A stretch of 64,000 nucleotides of DNA from Promethearchaeota archaeon (GCA_048938105.1 JBHLMN010000027.1:1-64000), one strand, 5' to 3'; shown: positions 20,847-31,403, numbered from the stretch's first letter. The notes: generated by a model from the sequence alone, not told the origin. Numbers and translations: made by a program.

Positions 20847-21348
20847 CTTCTCTTTTCACCCATCCTTTCTCCTGAATCTCGGAGAAAACATAACGAAACT
20901 GTTCAAGAATAGGTAAAGACGCTTGATTGTTCGATAATACGATATTCCGTTCTCTCTTTATCAAATCAAGAGTTTTTTGACAGTCTGGTCGGCATTTATC
21001 AGAACAATGATGCTCATACCAAGCTAAAATACCTTCTTCGGTAGTAAAGATGATATAAACCTTCGTATCATTCGTCCAATCGTAAGAAACCAACAACCCA
21101 GTATTTTTAGGCATCTTTGCCAAATCAGAATCTAACCGTAAACTCTTGGCAATGTTCTTCAACTGTTCCTCGATCTTCTTCCGTACTACGACTCTAGTCT
21201 TGTAAATACTACTAATACTTGCCTTTGTCTTCTTTTCTTTTCTTTCTTCATTTAGCTTTTTTGCTATGGCTTCCGCGGTCATTCCTTCATTTGTAAGTCG
21301 TAGTACTTCAAACTCGTAATCTGAGAGGAAATTTAGTCTTTGAGTCAT
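20839..21348 (-). CDS. Putative regulator: LuxR/sigma-4-like HTH plus C-terminal His/Cys motif
   Basis: LSDYEFEVLRL...GMTAEAIAKKL N-terminus; WYEHHCSDKCRPDC; paralogue at 50282-50830. Confidence 0.7.
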   Translation of the reverse strand: MTQRLNFLSDYEFEVLRLTNEGMTAEAIAKKLNEERKEKKTKASISSIYKTRVVVRKKIEEQLKNIAKSLRLDSDLAKMPKNTGLLVSYDWTNDTKVYIIFTTEEGILAWYEHHCSDKCRPDCQKTLDLIKRERNIVLSNNQASLPILEQFRYVFSEIQEKGWVKREGD

Positions 21349-21353
21349 TGATT

Positions 21354-21395
21354 CTTACCGTTTAAAGGTAAGGCTTACCTTATATATAAGACTTT
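21354..21395 (-). promoter_or_regulatory. BRE/TATA plus palindromic operator CTTACC-N7-GGTAAG (TTAC-N9-GTAA)
   Basis: Minus strand reads GAAAGTCTTATATATAAGGTAAGCCTTACCTTTAAACGGTAAGAATCAATG. Confidence 0.65.
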
Positions 21396-21756
21396 CCATT
21401 GTGGAAGGTAAGGCAAAAAAACCTTTGATTGAGAACAACAAAGTTCATCGTTCTTTAAGAAAACCAAAATTGAATTAAGTAATTCTATATTCTTTTCCAA
21501 TCCAATTCCCTAAATTTTATAAACTGTAAAGTATTCGATATGAGGGTGTATAAACTCGAAGAAATCAAAGTCCTAAGGGATCAGTGGAATACTAATAATC
21601 ATTATTGAATTTAAAAACAAGTACCCAAAACTTAATTGGGTAACAATACATGATCTAATGATAAAAATTCTTATAACAATATCTAGGACTTAAGTTTGCT
21701 ATATCATCTATCTACCAGTATTAGTACAAGCAGAATTTAAAGGAGATCTTGATATA

Positions 21757-24700
21757 ATGAAAAGAAAGAAATTTTTTACAAAGTTCTTTATTATTCTTTG
21801 TTTAGCAATAACATTAATTCCAACTACTAGTGGTTTTTCTCACACCCAATCAGTTGATTGTATCCTTGTTCATAATTCCCAATGTGGATCCTGTGAGAAC
21901 CGATATAATAAGGAAGTCACTTCATTTTATGAGAAATATCAATCTGATGAGCGGATCAATTTCAAAATATATGATATTGCTAATTTAGAGGAACAAGACT
22001 CCTTTCTCAAAGAGATAGATAGATTAGGTATTGATCTTAACGTGTATGGTGATCTACCATATGTTATTTTTATCTGGGATACCAATATCCAAGTTCTTGA
22101 TGCTACTACATTGAATACAATTGACCAAAATTTTCAAGACATTTTATTAAATTTTACAAATATATCTCCTTCGTCTCCACAAAATAACTCTATCTCCCTT
22201 CTAGATTTCTTACCTGACTTCAATTATCCTATTCTGTATTTTACATTAGTTATTATTGCAATAGGAATATTCGTTATCCACAAAGGATATAGTCGATATC
22301 TAAAGCACGGCGGCTCCTTTATATACCCTCGTAGAATCTCTCCAATCCGTTTCTGGACTCTTCTTGCGTTATCTTCAATCTCTATTTCTCTTTTACTATA
22401 TCAATTTCTGGAAAGATTAGTAGGTGGGTGTGGGTGTGCCTCAGGAGGGGATATTGTACAAACATTGTTATTCCAAAAATACGATCATATCATTATTCTA
22501 GATTATGTAATTCCTATAGCGGCAATTGGAATTCTCTTCAATCTTAGTGTTATTTTGCAAATTATACTTCTTGGAGCGGTACGTTTTCGTCAGAAAAGAC
22601 AAATAATTGTAAAAATTTTATATTTTCTGTTAACAAGCCAAATGCTTGCATCATTATTGAGTTTGGCTTACCTAATTTATCTAGAACTGTTTGTGATCCA
22701 TTTTATTTGTACATTATGCACAGTTTCTCAAGTTATTATAGGTATCAATACAATTCTAATCATTACTTGGCAACCTTGGAAATTCAATGAGAGAAATCTA
22801 TATGTTTCAACTAAAAGAGTATTCAAATTCCCACTGGTTCATCCTAGACTAAAACAGCAATTATTCAAATTTATCTCACTTTCTATTCTTAATTTCGTTA
22901 TCTTAACATCTGTTGCTCCAATTGGCATTCCAACAGAAGAAACAACATCCATCACTGCTTGGAATATGCCAGATTTTCCATCCCAGTTGAATTCAGATAT
23001 GTGCTTTGAATGCAATAATCCTGTGTATAGAGATACGCAAGGGCCATTATCTTTACAAGGTCAGAATCCAGTTTATTCGCAGATAAATGAAATTCTATCA
23101 GATAAACCCGTATTCATCCTCTTCTACGCAGAATGGTGTGGTTTTTGCAAAAAACAGAAACCGATTCTTATGGAGTTGAGAGAGGAGTACTCTGATAGAA
23201 TAGAGTTCCTGTATATCAATGCACCAGAAAATCCCCAAATGATGCAAGATTTTGGTGTGACTGGCTTCCCAACTATGTTTTACATCGACAAGAATGAGGA
23301 GGGATATATTTATCGAGTTTTCCGAGGATTTAATGAGAAAAGTGTTTTAAGTGATTATTTTGATCTTGGTTATGTCGATGTCTCTGCTGATAAAGCAAAA
23401 CAGATAATTGACAGAAATAAAAATGCGATAATCCTAGATGTACGAACTCCCTCGGAGTATGAAACTGTTCGTATTAATGATAGCACATTAATCCCTCTTG
23501 CACATTTAGAAAGTAAAATGGATGAACTAGATAAAGAGGATTTCATTGTCGTTTACTGTAAAAGTGGGGGAAGAAGTCAGGAAGCAAGTAACATTTTGAA
23601 GGAACATGGTTTCCTTTATGTTCATAACATGGAAGGTGGGATAGAAGCTTGGCAAGAAGCTGGATTTCCAGTTGTACCAGAAACAGAGGTATCAGTAAGG
23701 TTCTCGATGGAAGCTGAAACTTGTAACTCCAATATAGATTGCAATACTGGAGAATATTGCGCCAAAAGTGCGGGAGATTGTACTGGTACGGGATTATGTA
23801 AAGATAAACTAAATAGTTGTCCAGAAGTCTGGATACCAGTATGTGGTTGTGATGGTGTGACATATAGCAATACATGCGAAGCGGCTTCCGCGGGGGAAAA
23901 CGTGGCTTATGAGGGAGAGTGTGGAATAACCTGTGCTTCAAATGACGATTGTAGTATTGAGGAGTTTTCCGCAGGAGAAAATGTGATTCACCAGGAGTGT
24001 ATAACTGATGCTGACTGTGATTCTCCTTTCGTATGCAGGAATGGGATATGTAGTGATTGTGTAGATGATACTGACTGTGATACTGGTTTCATTTGCGTCA
24101 GTGGGGTATGTACAACCTATGAGTGTGTAGATGATACTGACTGTGATGCTCCTTACATTTGCAAGAATGATGTATGTATAACCTTTGAGTGTGCAGATAA
24201 AGACTGTGATGATGGACAATATTGTAATGGGGCAGAAGTCTGTGTAGCTGGAATATGCGAATCAGGATCACCCGTGGATTGTAATGATGGAATCAGTTGT
24301 ACAGTCGATCAGTGTGATGAAATTACGGATTCCTGTGAGAATCAACCAGACGATACTCGGTGTGATAACGGCCAATTTTGTGATGGGATCGAGACCTGTG
24401 ATGCACTACTTGATTGTCAAGCTGGAACTCCTTTGGATTGTTCAGATTTCGATGACCAATGTAATGTCGGGATTTGTGATGAAGTTAATGATCAATGTGT
24501 TGCAAATCCAGATCCTTATGAAGGTCAGCCCTGTGACGATGGTGATCCTTATACGATTGGGGATACCTGTTCAGCAGGTGTCTGTATTGGAGAATCTGTC
24601 CAATGTGTCTCGGATAGCGACTGTGATGATGGACAATATTGTAATGGGGCAGAAGTCTGTGCAGCCGGAATGTGTGAACCAGGATCACCCGTGGATTGTA

Positions 24701-27700
24701 ATGATGGAATCAGTTGTACAGTCGATCAGTGTGATGAAATGACGGATTCCTGCGAGAATCAACCAGACGATACTCGGTGTGATAACGGCCAATTTTGTGA
24801 TGGGATCGAGACCTGCGATATCTTAACTGATTGTCAACCTGGGCTAGCCCCGAGTACCGATGATGGTGTGGGCTGTACGATTGATAGCTGTGATGAAACA
24901 ACTGATACAATTATCCACACTGCTGATGACAACCTCTGTGACAATGGATTATATTGCGATGGCATCGAAACCTGCGATGTGGTTCTAGATTGTCAGATGG
25001 GGACACCTCCCTGTGGGGATCTACCCTGTGACGAGGAAACAGATCAATGTGGCGAATGTACCGAGGATTGGCAGTGTGATAATGGCTTATTCTGTGATGG
25101 GGCCGAAATCTGTGTCGACTATCACTGTATGGCTGGTACACCTATAGACTGTGGTGATAGTGTAAGTTGTACAATTGACGCCTGTAACGAGTTGACGGAC
25201 TCTTGTGATCATTTACCGGACAATTCTCTATGCGATAACGGCCAATTTTGTGATGGCATCGAGACCTGCGATATCTTAACTGATTGTCAACCTGGGCTAG
25301 CCCCGAGTACCGATGATGGTGTGGGTTGTACGATTGATAGCTGTGATGAAACGACTGATACTATTACCCACACTGCTGATGACAACCTCTGTGACAATGG
25401 ATTATACTGTGATGGGATTGAGACCTGTGATGCGGTTCTAGACTGCCAAGTTGGAGTTTTTATAGATTGCTCTTCCTTTGAGGACCAATGTAACATTGGG
25501 ATCTGTGATGAAGTAAGCGATCAGTGTGTCGCCTCTCCAAAAACGGACGGCACCTCATGTGATGATGGCCAGTTTTGTACTATCAATGATGTCTGCAGGG
25601 CAGGGATCTGTGTCTTTGGAACTCCTGTAGATTGTACATATCTCGAAGACGAATGTAACATTGGGATCTGTGATGAAGTAAGTGATCAATGTGTCACCTC
25701 CCCGAAAGCGGACGGTACCTCATGTGATGATGGAAATGTCTGTACAACAGGTGATACCTGTTCAGCAGGGGTATGTACAGGGGGAACTCCACTTGATTGC
25801 AATGACGATAATGTATGTACTGATGATTATTGTGATCCATCATCAGGCTGCGTTTTCATTAACAATAATGCCCCTTGTGATGATGGGCTATATTGCACTA
25901 CTAACGATGTCTGTATGGAAGGGATTTGTACTTCTGGAGCTCCTAGGGATTGTACCTATCTCGAGGATCAATGTAACGTGGGGATCTGTGATGAAATAAG
26001 CGATCAGTGTGTCACCTCTCCAAAAACGGACGGCACCTCATGTGATGATGGCCAGTTTTGTACTATCAATGATGTCTGTATGGCAGGGATCTGTGGCTTT
26101 GGAACTCCTGTAGATTGTACATATCTCGAAGACGAATGTAATATTGGGATCTGTGATGAAGTAAGTGACCAATGTGTCGCCTCTCCGAAAGCAGACGGTA
26201 CCTTATGTGATGATGGAAATGTCTGTACAACAGGTGATACCTGTTCAGCAGGGGTGTGTACAGGGGGAACTCCACTTGATTGCAACGACGATAATGTATG
26301 TACTGATGATTATTGTGATCCATCGTCAGGCTGCGTTTTTATTAACAATAATGCCCCTTGTGATGATGGGTTATATTGCACTACTAACGATGTTTGTATA
26401 GCAGGGATTTGTACTTCTGGAGCTCCTAGGGATTGTACCTATCTCGAGGATCAATGTAACGTGGGGATCTGTGATGAAGCAAGTAATCAATGTGTTGCTT
26501 CTCCCAAAGAAGATGGAACCGCATGTAATGATGACCTCTTTTGCACTACTAATGATATCTGCATGGCAGGGATCTGTGGCTTTGGAACTCCTGTAGATTG
26601 TTCATATCTAGATGACCAATGTAATATTGGGATCTGTGATGAAGTGAGCGATCAATGTGTTGCGGATCCAAATCCTAAAGAGGGATTCAGCTGTGATGAC
26701 GGGGACGTATGTACCATTGGTGATACATGTCAATTAGGTGTATGCACTGGTATTCTAGATGAAACTGATTCTGATAATGATGGAATACTCGATTGTACTG
26801 ACCCCTGTCCTAATGACCCTGACAATGATGTTGATAATGATGGTATATGCGGGGACATGGATAATTGTCCTAACTTTACGAATCCCGATCAAACAGATAT
26901 AGATGGTGATGGATTAGGGGATAAGTGTGACCCCTGTCCACATGACCCTGCCAATGATGCTGATAATGATGGCGTATGTGGAGACGTGGATAATTGTCCC
27001 AGTGTTTCGAACCCCGATCAAACAGATACAGATAGTGATGGAATAGGAGATAAGTGTGACCCCTGTCCACATGACCCTACCAATGATGCTGATAATGATG
27101 GCGTATGTGGAGACGTGGATAATTGTCCCAGTGTTTCGAACCCCGATCAAACAGATACAGATAGTGATGGAATAGGAGATAAGTGCGACCCCTGTCCACA
27201 TGACCCTACCAATGATGCTGATAATGATGGCGTTTGTGGAGACGTGGATAATTGTCCTAACTTTACGAACCCCGATCAAACAGATACAGATGGTGATGGA
27301 TTAGGAGATAAGTGTGACCCCTGTCCACATGACCCTGCCAATGATGTTGATAATGATGGCGTATGTGGGGACGTGGATAATTGTCCTAACTTTACGAACC
27401 CCGATCAAACAGATACAGATAGTGATGGGGTAGGGAATGTGTGTGATAATTGTCCCTCTGATTTCAACCCAGATCAAGTGGATACTGACGGGGATGGCAT
27501 AGGAGATGTCTGTGAAAACGCTCCTCCTATTGCGGATGTGGGTGGCCCGTATAGTGGCGATGAAGGAACGATAATAACATTTAATGCATCCAGTTCCAGT
27601 GATCCTGATGGTGATGAATTATACTATCGATGGGATTTAGACAATGATGGAGTATGGGATACAGATTATTCTCCTGAACCGACAATCATACATGTATGGT

Positions 27701-28440
27701 ATGATGACTATATTGGGACAATTGTCCTTGAAGTCTCTGATGGAGAAAAAACAGATACAGTATCAACAACTATCACAATAAGTAATGTTGATCCTGAAGT
27801 ATATATCGATTTGATCTTACCAGAGTTTTTTGCCTTACCAAGCGATATAATATTATTTATTGGTAGTTTCATAGATCCAGGTACTTCGGATACACATACA
27901 ATTATGTGGGATTTCGATGACGGCTCTATAATACTTGATAATCTAGAACAATCCCATATGTATCTCGAACCTGGAATATACAACGTTTCGGTAACAATTA
28001 GTGATGATGATGGAGGTATTGGGACAGAAAATGTCATTGTTGAGGTTATCAGCCTCCAACAAGCATTAGAATCCATTAAGGAGATTATTGCCAGCTTTGA
28101 TACGTGTTACAAACTCAAAAAGATTCTCAAAATACATCTAGAGCTAGCTATCAAATTTTTGAATAAAGCAGATAAATTTAGAACCAAAGGTAAGGAAAAA
28201 CTCGCATTTATCATGCAATGGGTTGCAAAATTACAGTTACGGACCTTTCAAAGGATAATCTATGTCTTTGAAAGAAAAGATTGGATAACTATTGATATGG
28301 CAGAACTCTTGATCGCAATGACAAATAGAATAATACCAAAATTAGGTTTCGAAAATAGGAAGTCTCAGTTTCCCCATCCAGGCCCTCTAACTACTCGTCC
28401 AGGAGTAACATTTGTATGTTCTCCATTCTTTAATACTTGA
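21757..28440 (+). CDS. Giant membrane protein: Trx-like, VKOR, thioredoxin, rhodanese, Kazal, Cys-rich repeats, TSP3 repeats, PKD
   Basis: Signal peptide; CGSC (21883); VKOR YLIYLELFVIHFICTLC (22708); WCGFC (23134) with GFPT; rhodanese LDVRTPSEY/CKSGGRS/MEGGIEAW; Kazal PVCGCDGVTYSNTC; DNCP...NPDQ.D.D.DG.GD.CD repeats; PKD FNASSSSDPDGD..Y.WD and WDFDDG. Confidence 0.9.
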   Translation: MKRKKFFTKFFIILCLAITLIPTTSGFSHTQSVDCILVHNSQCGSCENRYNKEVTSFYEKYQSDERINFKIYDIANLEEQDSFLKEIDRLGIDLNVYGDLPYVIFIWDTNIQVLDATTLNTIDQNFQDILLNFTNISPSSPQNNSISLLDFLPDFNYPILYFTLVIIAIGIFVIHKGYSRYLKHGGSFIYPRRISPIRFWTLLALSSISISLLLYQFLERLVGGCGCASGGDIVQTLLFQKYDHIIILDYVIPIAAIGILFNLSVILQIILLGAVRFRQKRQIIVKILYFLLTSQMLASLLSLAYLIYLELFVIHFICTLCTVSQVIIGINTILIITWQPWKFNERNLYVSTKRVFKFPLVHPRLKQQLFKFISLSILNFVILTSVAPIGIPTEETTSITAWNMPDFPSQLNSDMCFECNNPVYRDTQGPLSLQGQNPVYSQINEILSDKPVFILFYAEWCGFCKKQKPILMELREEYSDRIEFLYINAPENPQMMQDFGVTGFPTMFYIDKNEEGYIYRVFRGFNEKSVLSDYFDLGYVDVSADKAKQIIDRNKNAIILDVRTPSEYETVRINDSTLIPLAHLESKMDELDKEDFIVVYCKSGGRSQEASNILKEHGFLYVHNMEGGIEAWQEAGFPVVPETEVSVRFSMEAETCNSNIDCNTGEYCAKSAGDCTGTGLCKDKLNSCPEVWIPVCGCDGVTYSNTCEAASAGENVAYEGECGITCASNDDCSIEEFSAGENVIHQECITDADCDSPFVCRNGICSDCVDDTDCDTGFICVSGVCTTYECVDDTDCDAPYICKNDVCITFECADKDCDDGQYCNGAEVCVAGICESGSPVDCNDGISCTVDQCDEITDSCENQPDDTRCDNGQFCDGIETCDALLDCQAGTPLDCSDFDDQCNVGICDEVNDQCVANPDPYEGQPCDDGDPYTIGDTCSAGVCIGESVQCVSDSDCDDGQYCNGAEVCAAGMCEPGSPVDCNDGISCTVDQCDEMTDSCENQPDDTRCDNGQFCDGIETCDILTDCQPGLAPSTDDGVGCTIDSCDETTDTIIHTADDNLCDNGLYCDGIETCDVVLDCQMGTPPCGDLPCDEETDQCGECTEDWQCDNGLFCDGAEICVDYHCMAGTPIDCGDSVSCTIDACNELTDSCDHLPDNSLCDNGQFCDGIETCDILTDCQPGLAPSTDDGVGCTIDSCDETTDTITHTADDNLCDNGLYCDGIETCDAVLDCQVGVFIDCSSFEDQCNIGICDEVSDQCVASPKTDGTSCDDGQFCTINDVCRAGICVFGTPVDCTYLEDECNIGICDEVSDQCVTSPKADGTSCDDGNVCTTGDTCSAGVCTGGTPLDCNDDNVCTDDYCDPSSGCVFINNNAPCDDGLYCTTNDVCMEGICTSGAPRDCTYLEDQCNVGICDEISDQCVTSPKTDGTSCDDGQFCTINDVCMAGICGFGTPVDCTYLEDECNIGICDEVSDQCVASPKADGTLCDDGNVCTTGDTCSAGVCTGGTPLDCNDDNVCTDDYCDPSSGCVFINNNAPCDDGLYCTTNDVCIAGICTSGAPRDCTYLEDQCNVGICDEASNQCVASPKEDGTACNDDLFCTTNDICMAGICGFGTPVDCSYLDDQCNIGICDEVSDQCVADPNPKEGFSCDDGDVCTIGDTCQLGVCTGILDETDSDNDGILDCTDPCPNDPDNDVDNDGICGDMDNCPNFTNPDQTDIDGDGLGDKCDPCPHDPANDADNDGVCGDVDNCPSVSNPDQTDTDSDGIGDKCDPCPHDPTNDADNDGVCGDVDNCPSVSNPDQTDTDSDGIGDKCDPCPHDPTNDADNDGVCGDVDNCPNFTNPDQTDTDGDGLGDKCDPCPHDPANDVDNDGVCGDVDNCPNFTNPDQTDTDSDGVGNVCDNCPSDFNPDQVDTDGDGIGDVCENAPPIADVGGPYSGDEGTIITFNASSSSDPDGDELYYRWDLDNDGVWDTDYSPEPTIIHVWYDDYIGTIVLEVSDGEKTDTVSTTITISNVDPEVYIDLILPEFFALPSDIILFIGSFIDPGTSDTHTIMWDFDDGSIILDNLEQSHMYLEPGIYNVSVTISDDDGGIGTENVIVEVISLQQALESIKEIIASFDTCYKLKKILKIHLELAIKFLNKADKFRTKGKEKLAFIMQWVAKLQLRTFQRIIYVFERKDWITIDMAELLIAMTNRIIPKLGFENRKSQFPHPGPLTTRPGVTFVCSPFFNT
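24199..26650. repeat. Nested near-identical intragenic duplications encoding Cys-rich modules
   Basis: Matching blocks at 24202/24619 (417 bp apart), 24781/25234 (453 bp) and 25558/26041 (483 bp). Confidence 0.85.
26795..27430. repeat. About five 129-bp tandem repeats (thrombospondin type-3)
   Basis: ATAATTGTCC at 26861, 26990, 27119, 27248 and 27377. Confidence 0.9.
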
Positions 28441-29981
28441 ATCCCATTAACAAACACATGAACAATACCACTCGCTAATTGATGTGGTTTTTCGTAAGTA
28501 GCATGGTCTTTTATCTTATTAGGGTCAAAAATTACAATATCAGCATAGAAATCCTCTTTTAAGAGTCCCCTATCTGTTATTTTGAGATTTATTGCTGGAA
28601 GTGATGTTAATTTCCGTATGGCTTCTTCTAGCGTAATAAGCTTCTCATCACGACAGTACTTCCCAAGGAGCCTAGTAACATTCCCGTAAGCTCTGGGATG
28701 GCAATTTGATTTCAGAAAAACACCCTCAGGAGCTTCTGATGCTTCATCAGACCCAAAGGACATATATGGAATCTGAATCTTCTTTCTCACATTTTCTTCA
28801 GACATCATAAAATAAACTGTACCTATTCGACTATCATCTTCTACCACCAAATCCATCGCAGTTTCTAGGGGATCCTTTCCTCGTTCTTTAGCTACTTGTG
28901 CTAATGTCATTCCTGTCAACGGTTTTAGCTTTTTAAATGCCACTAATAACATTTTTTCTGGCCCAGCTTCTAGATAAAGATTTTCCCAGGCTTTTGTCTC
29001 GGATAGGACTTCTGTCGTGATCTGTTTCCTCACATCTGGATCTTTTAACCGTTTGATTAATTCTTTGTGCCCTCCCTCATAAGTCCAAGGAGGAAATGAG
29101 GCAGTTAATCCTGTAGCTCCTGCAGTATAGGTATAACAATCCGTAGTTATCTGAAGACCTTTTTCTCTAGCATTATTTATTTTTTCAATTGCTAAATCGA
29201 ATTTATGCCAATTATTTCTTCCCGCTGCCTTTAAATGATAAATTTCTGCTCTAATATTTGCTTCCCTTGCGATAAAGATTAGTTCATCAATAGCTTCTAA
29301 AAATTGAGTCCCCTCACTCCGAATGTGACTTATATACATTCCATTATATCTAGCTGCAACCTTGCAAAGTTCAATTAATTCATTAGTATCCGCATAAAAA
29401 GCAGGAGGATAAATCAGGGCGGAAGCAACGCCAAGAGCTCCTTCTCGCATAGCTTGATCAACTAATCCCTTCATTTTTTCCATTTCTTCAGGAGTAGGTT
29501 TTCGATCTTCATACCCAAGTGTATGTATCCTGACTGTTGTGGCACCAACAAATGATGCAATATTACATGAGACGCCTTTTGCTTCCAAATACTCTAGATA
29601 TTCCGACAGGGAGGTCCAAGAAATATCATATTTGATATCCGATTGACGTTCAAGTAGTTCTTGCTTCATTTGTTCATTTAATGGGCCAGCAGACCATCCC
29701 TCTCCCATAACCTCAAGTGTTACACCCTGTCTTATGTCACTATAAGATCTACCATCTTCAATCAAGGAATCGGTAGCCCAGCTGAGCATGTTGATGAAAC
29801 CTGGGGTAATTGATAGGTTTTGGGCATCAACTATTGATTCCGCAGTATCCTGTTCTAAAGATCCTATCCCAGCAATCCGATCCCCATTGACTGCTATGTC
29901 TCCACGGAACGGGGGATTCCCACTTCCATCATAAACTGTACCATTTCGAATGATTAGATCGTAGTGTGTGATTTTTCTCAC
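28365..29981 (-). CDS. N-acyl-D-amino-acid deacylase family amidohydrolase
   Basis: IRNGTVYDGSG, QGVTLEV.GE, SHIRSE, CHPRAYG, ADIVIFDP. Confidence 0.9.
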   Translation of the reverse strand: MRKITHYDLIIRNGTVYDGSGNPPFRGDIAVNGDRIAGIGSLEQDTAESIVDAQNLSITPGFINMLSWATDSLIEDGRSYSDIRQGVTLEVMGEGWSAGPLNEQMKQELLERQSDIKYDISWTSLSEYLEYLEAKGVSCNIASFVGATTVRIHTLGYEDRKPTPEEMEKMKGLVDQAMREGALGVASALIYPPAFYADTNELIELCKVAARYNGMYISHIRSEGTQFLEAIDELIFIAREANIRAEIYHLKAAGRNNWHKFDLAIEKINNAREKGLQITTDCYTYTAGATGLTASFPPWTYEGGHKELIKRLKDPDVRKQITTEVLSETKAWENLYLEAGPEKMLLVAFKKLKPLTGMTLAQVAKERGKDPLETAMDLVVEDDSRIGTVYFMMSEENVRKKIQIPYMSFGSDEASEAPEGVFLKSNCHPRAYGNVTRLLGKYCRDEKLITLEEAIRKLTSLPAINLKITDRGLLKEDFYADIVIFDPNKIKDHATYEKPHQLASGIVHVFVNGIQVLKNGEHTNVTPGRVVRGPGWGN

Positions 29982-29991
29982 CTCGGGAAGT

Positions 29992-31254
29992 TTAAAGAAT
30001 TAGCTTACCTTGTTGTACCAGAATCTTACCATCTTTTATTACATAATCAATATTCTCATTATTTTCTAACAGTTTTATGTCCTCAAGCGGATTTCCATTT
30101 ACAAGTACTAAATCAGCAAATTTTCCCACCTCAATGGAACCAATTAATTCATCCATTCGGATTGCTCGTGCAGCATTAATAGTTGCAGCTTGTAAAGCTT
30201 CAACAGTAGTCATTTCCATGTTATCGACCATCAATACTAATTCTTGGGCAGAATTACCGTGATCACTCGCTACAGGAGCATCTGTTCCGAGTGCAATTTT
30301 TACTCCATTCTTATAAGCCAATTTATGATTTCCAATAGTTATTTCAGCAATTTGTTCCGCTTTTTGAATAATCTCTGGTGAAAAAACTGCTTTCTTCTCT
30401 GGACTCAAATTTAGAAAAAAAACAACAGCAGATTGAGTAGGTACCAAGTATGTCCCTTTTTCTACCATTAACTGTGCAGTTTCTTTAGTTATCAGTGATC
30501 CATGTTCAATGGTGTGAATACCAGCTTGAACTGCATTATGAATTCCTAAATTATCATGAGCATGAGACGCAACATGCATTCCCAATCGTTCTGCTTCAAC
30601 TACCATTGCTTTCAATTCATCGTTATTCCACAAAGATAGTTCAATTGAGCTTTCCTGACCGTGAAGCACCCCTCCTGTCGTAGCTGTTTTAATAAAATCC
30701 GATCCATCTCTTTTTCGATCACGGACCGCATGGATGAGGCCATCAGAACCACTAATTACTTCATCTCTTCTCATAAATGTAATCCAATCTTGTGGCCCAA
30801 ACTCTTCTTGGTTCCCCCACTGAGCAATAACTTTTTGTGATACCAGTAACCTTGGACCTGGAAAAACACCCCCATTGAAAAGTTTTCGAAGGGAAGAGGG
30901 TGCTAATGTCATAGACCCACAATCACGGAGTGTAGTGAAACCAGACTTGAGATGTTCTTGTGCATTTTTCAAGGCTAAATATCCAAACATTGCATCTTAA
31001 TTACGCAGAATAGCTCGTTCAATGTTATAGATAAATTCGTGCAAATATTCTAGATGAACATGGATATCCATGAGGCCAGGAAGGATAATTTTTCCACTAA
31101 CATCAATAATATTGTCATTTTCTTTTTTTCTATAGGAACTATCAGGACCAATCCAATCAATCTTTGTATCTTTGATGATAATTGTCTGATTTTTAATTAA
31201 TCTCCCTGAAAGAGAATCAAACACATTTCCATTTTGTAAAACGAATCTTGACAT
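29992..31254 (-). pseudogene. Metal-dependent amidohydrolase (prolidase-like) split by one in-frame TAA at 30999-30997
   Basis: 85-aa ORF (LPGLMDIHVH) and 332-aa ORF (GFTTLRDCG, HAH, IEHG, GTDA) share a frame: ERAILRN*DAMFGY. Confidence 0.85.
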
Positions 31255-31403
31255 TTTTTATTTGACTCCACAAGGCTTTACGAATAAACACAGAATATTA
31301 TTAGATCAAATAAAACTCTTAGCGCCTATCATCCCCAACACACATATTTGATTTTGGTCTCCTGAAATGAACATTTTTCATCTAAATCCTATGCTGCTGA
31401 TGA

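Noticed and set aside
26795-27430. 129-bp repeats as CRISPR or a DGR template/variable pair
   Set aside because: They are coding TSP3 repeats, differences are not adenine-specific, and no reverse transcriptase is in the window.
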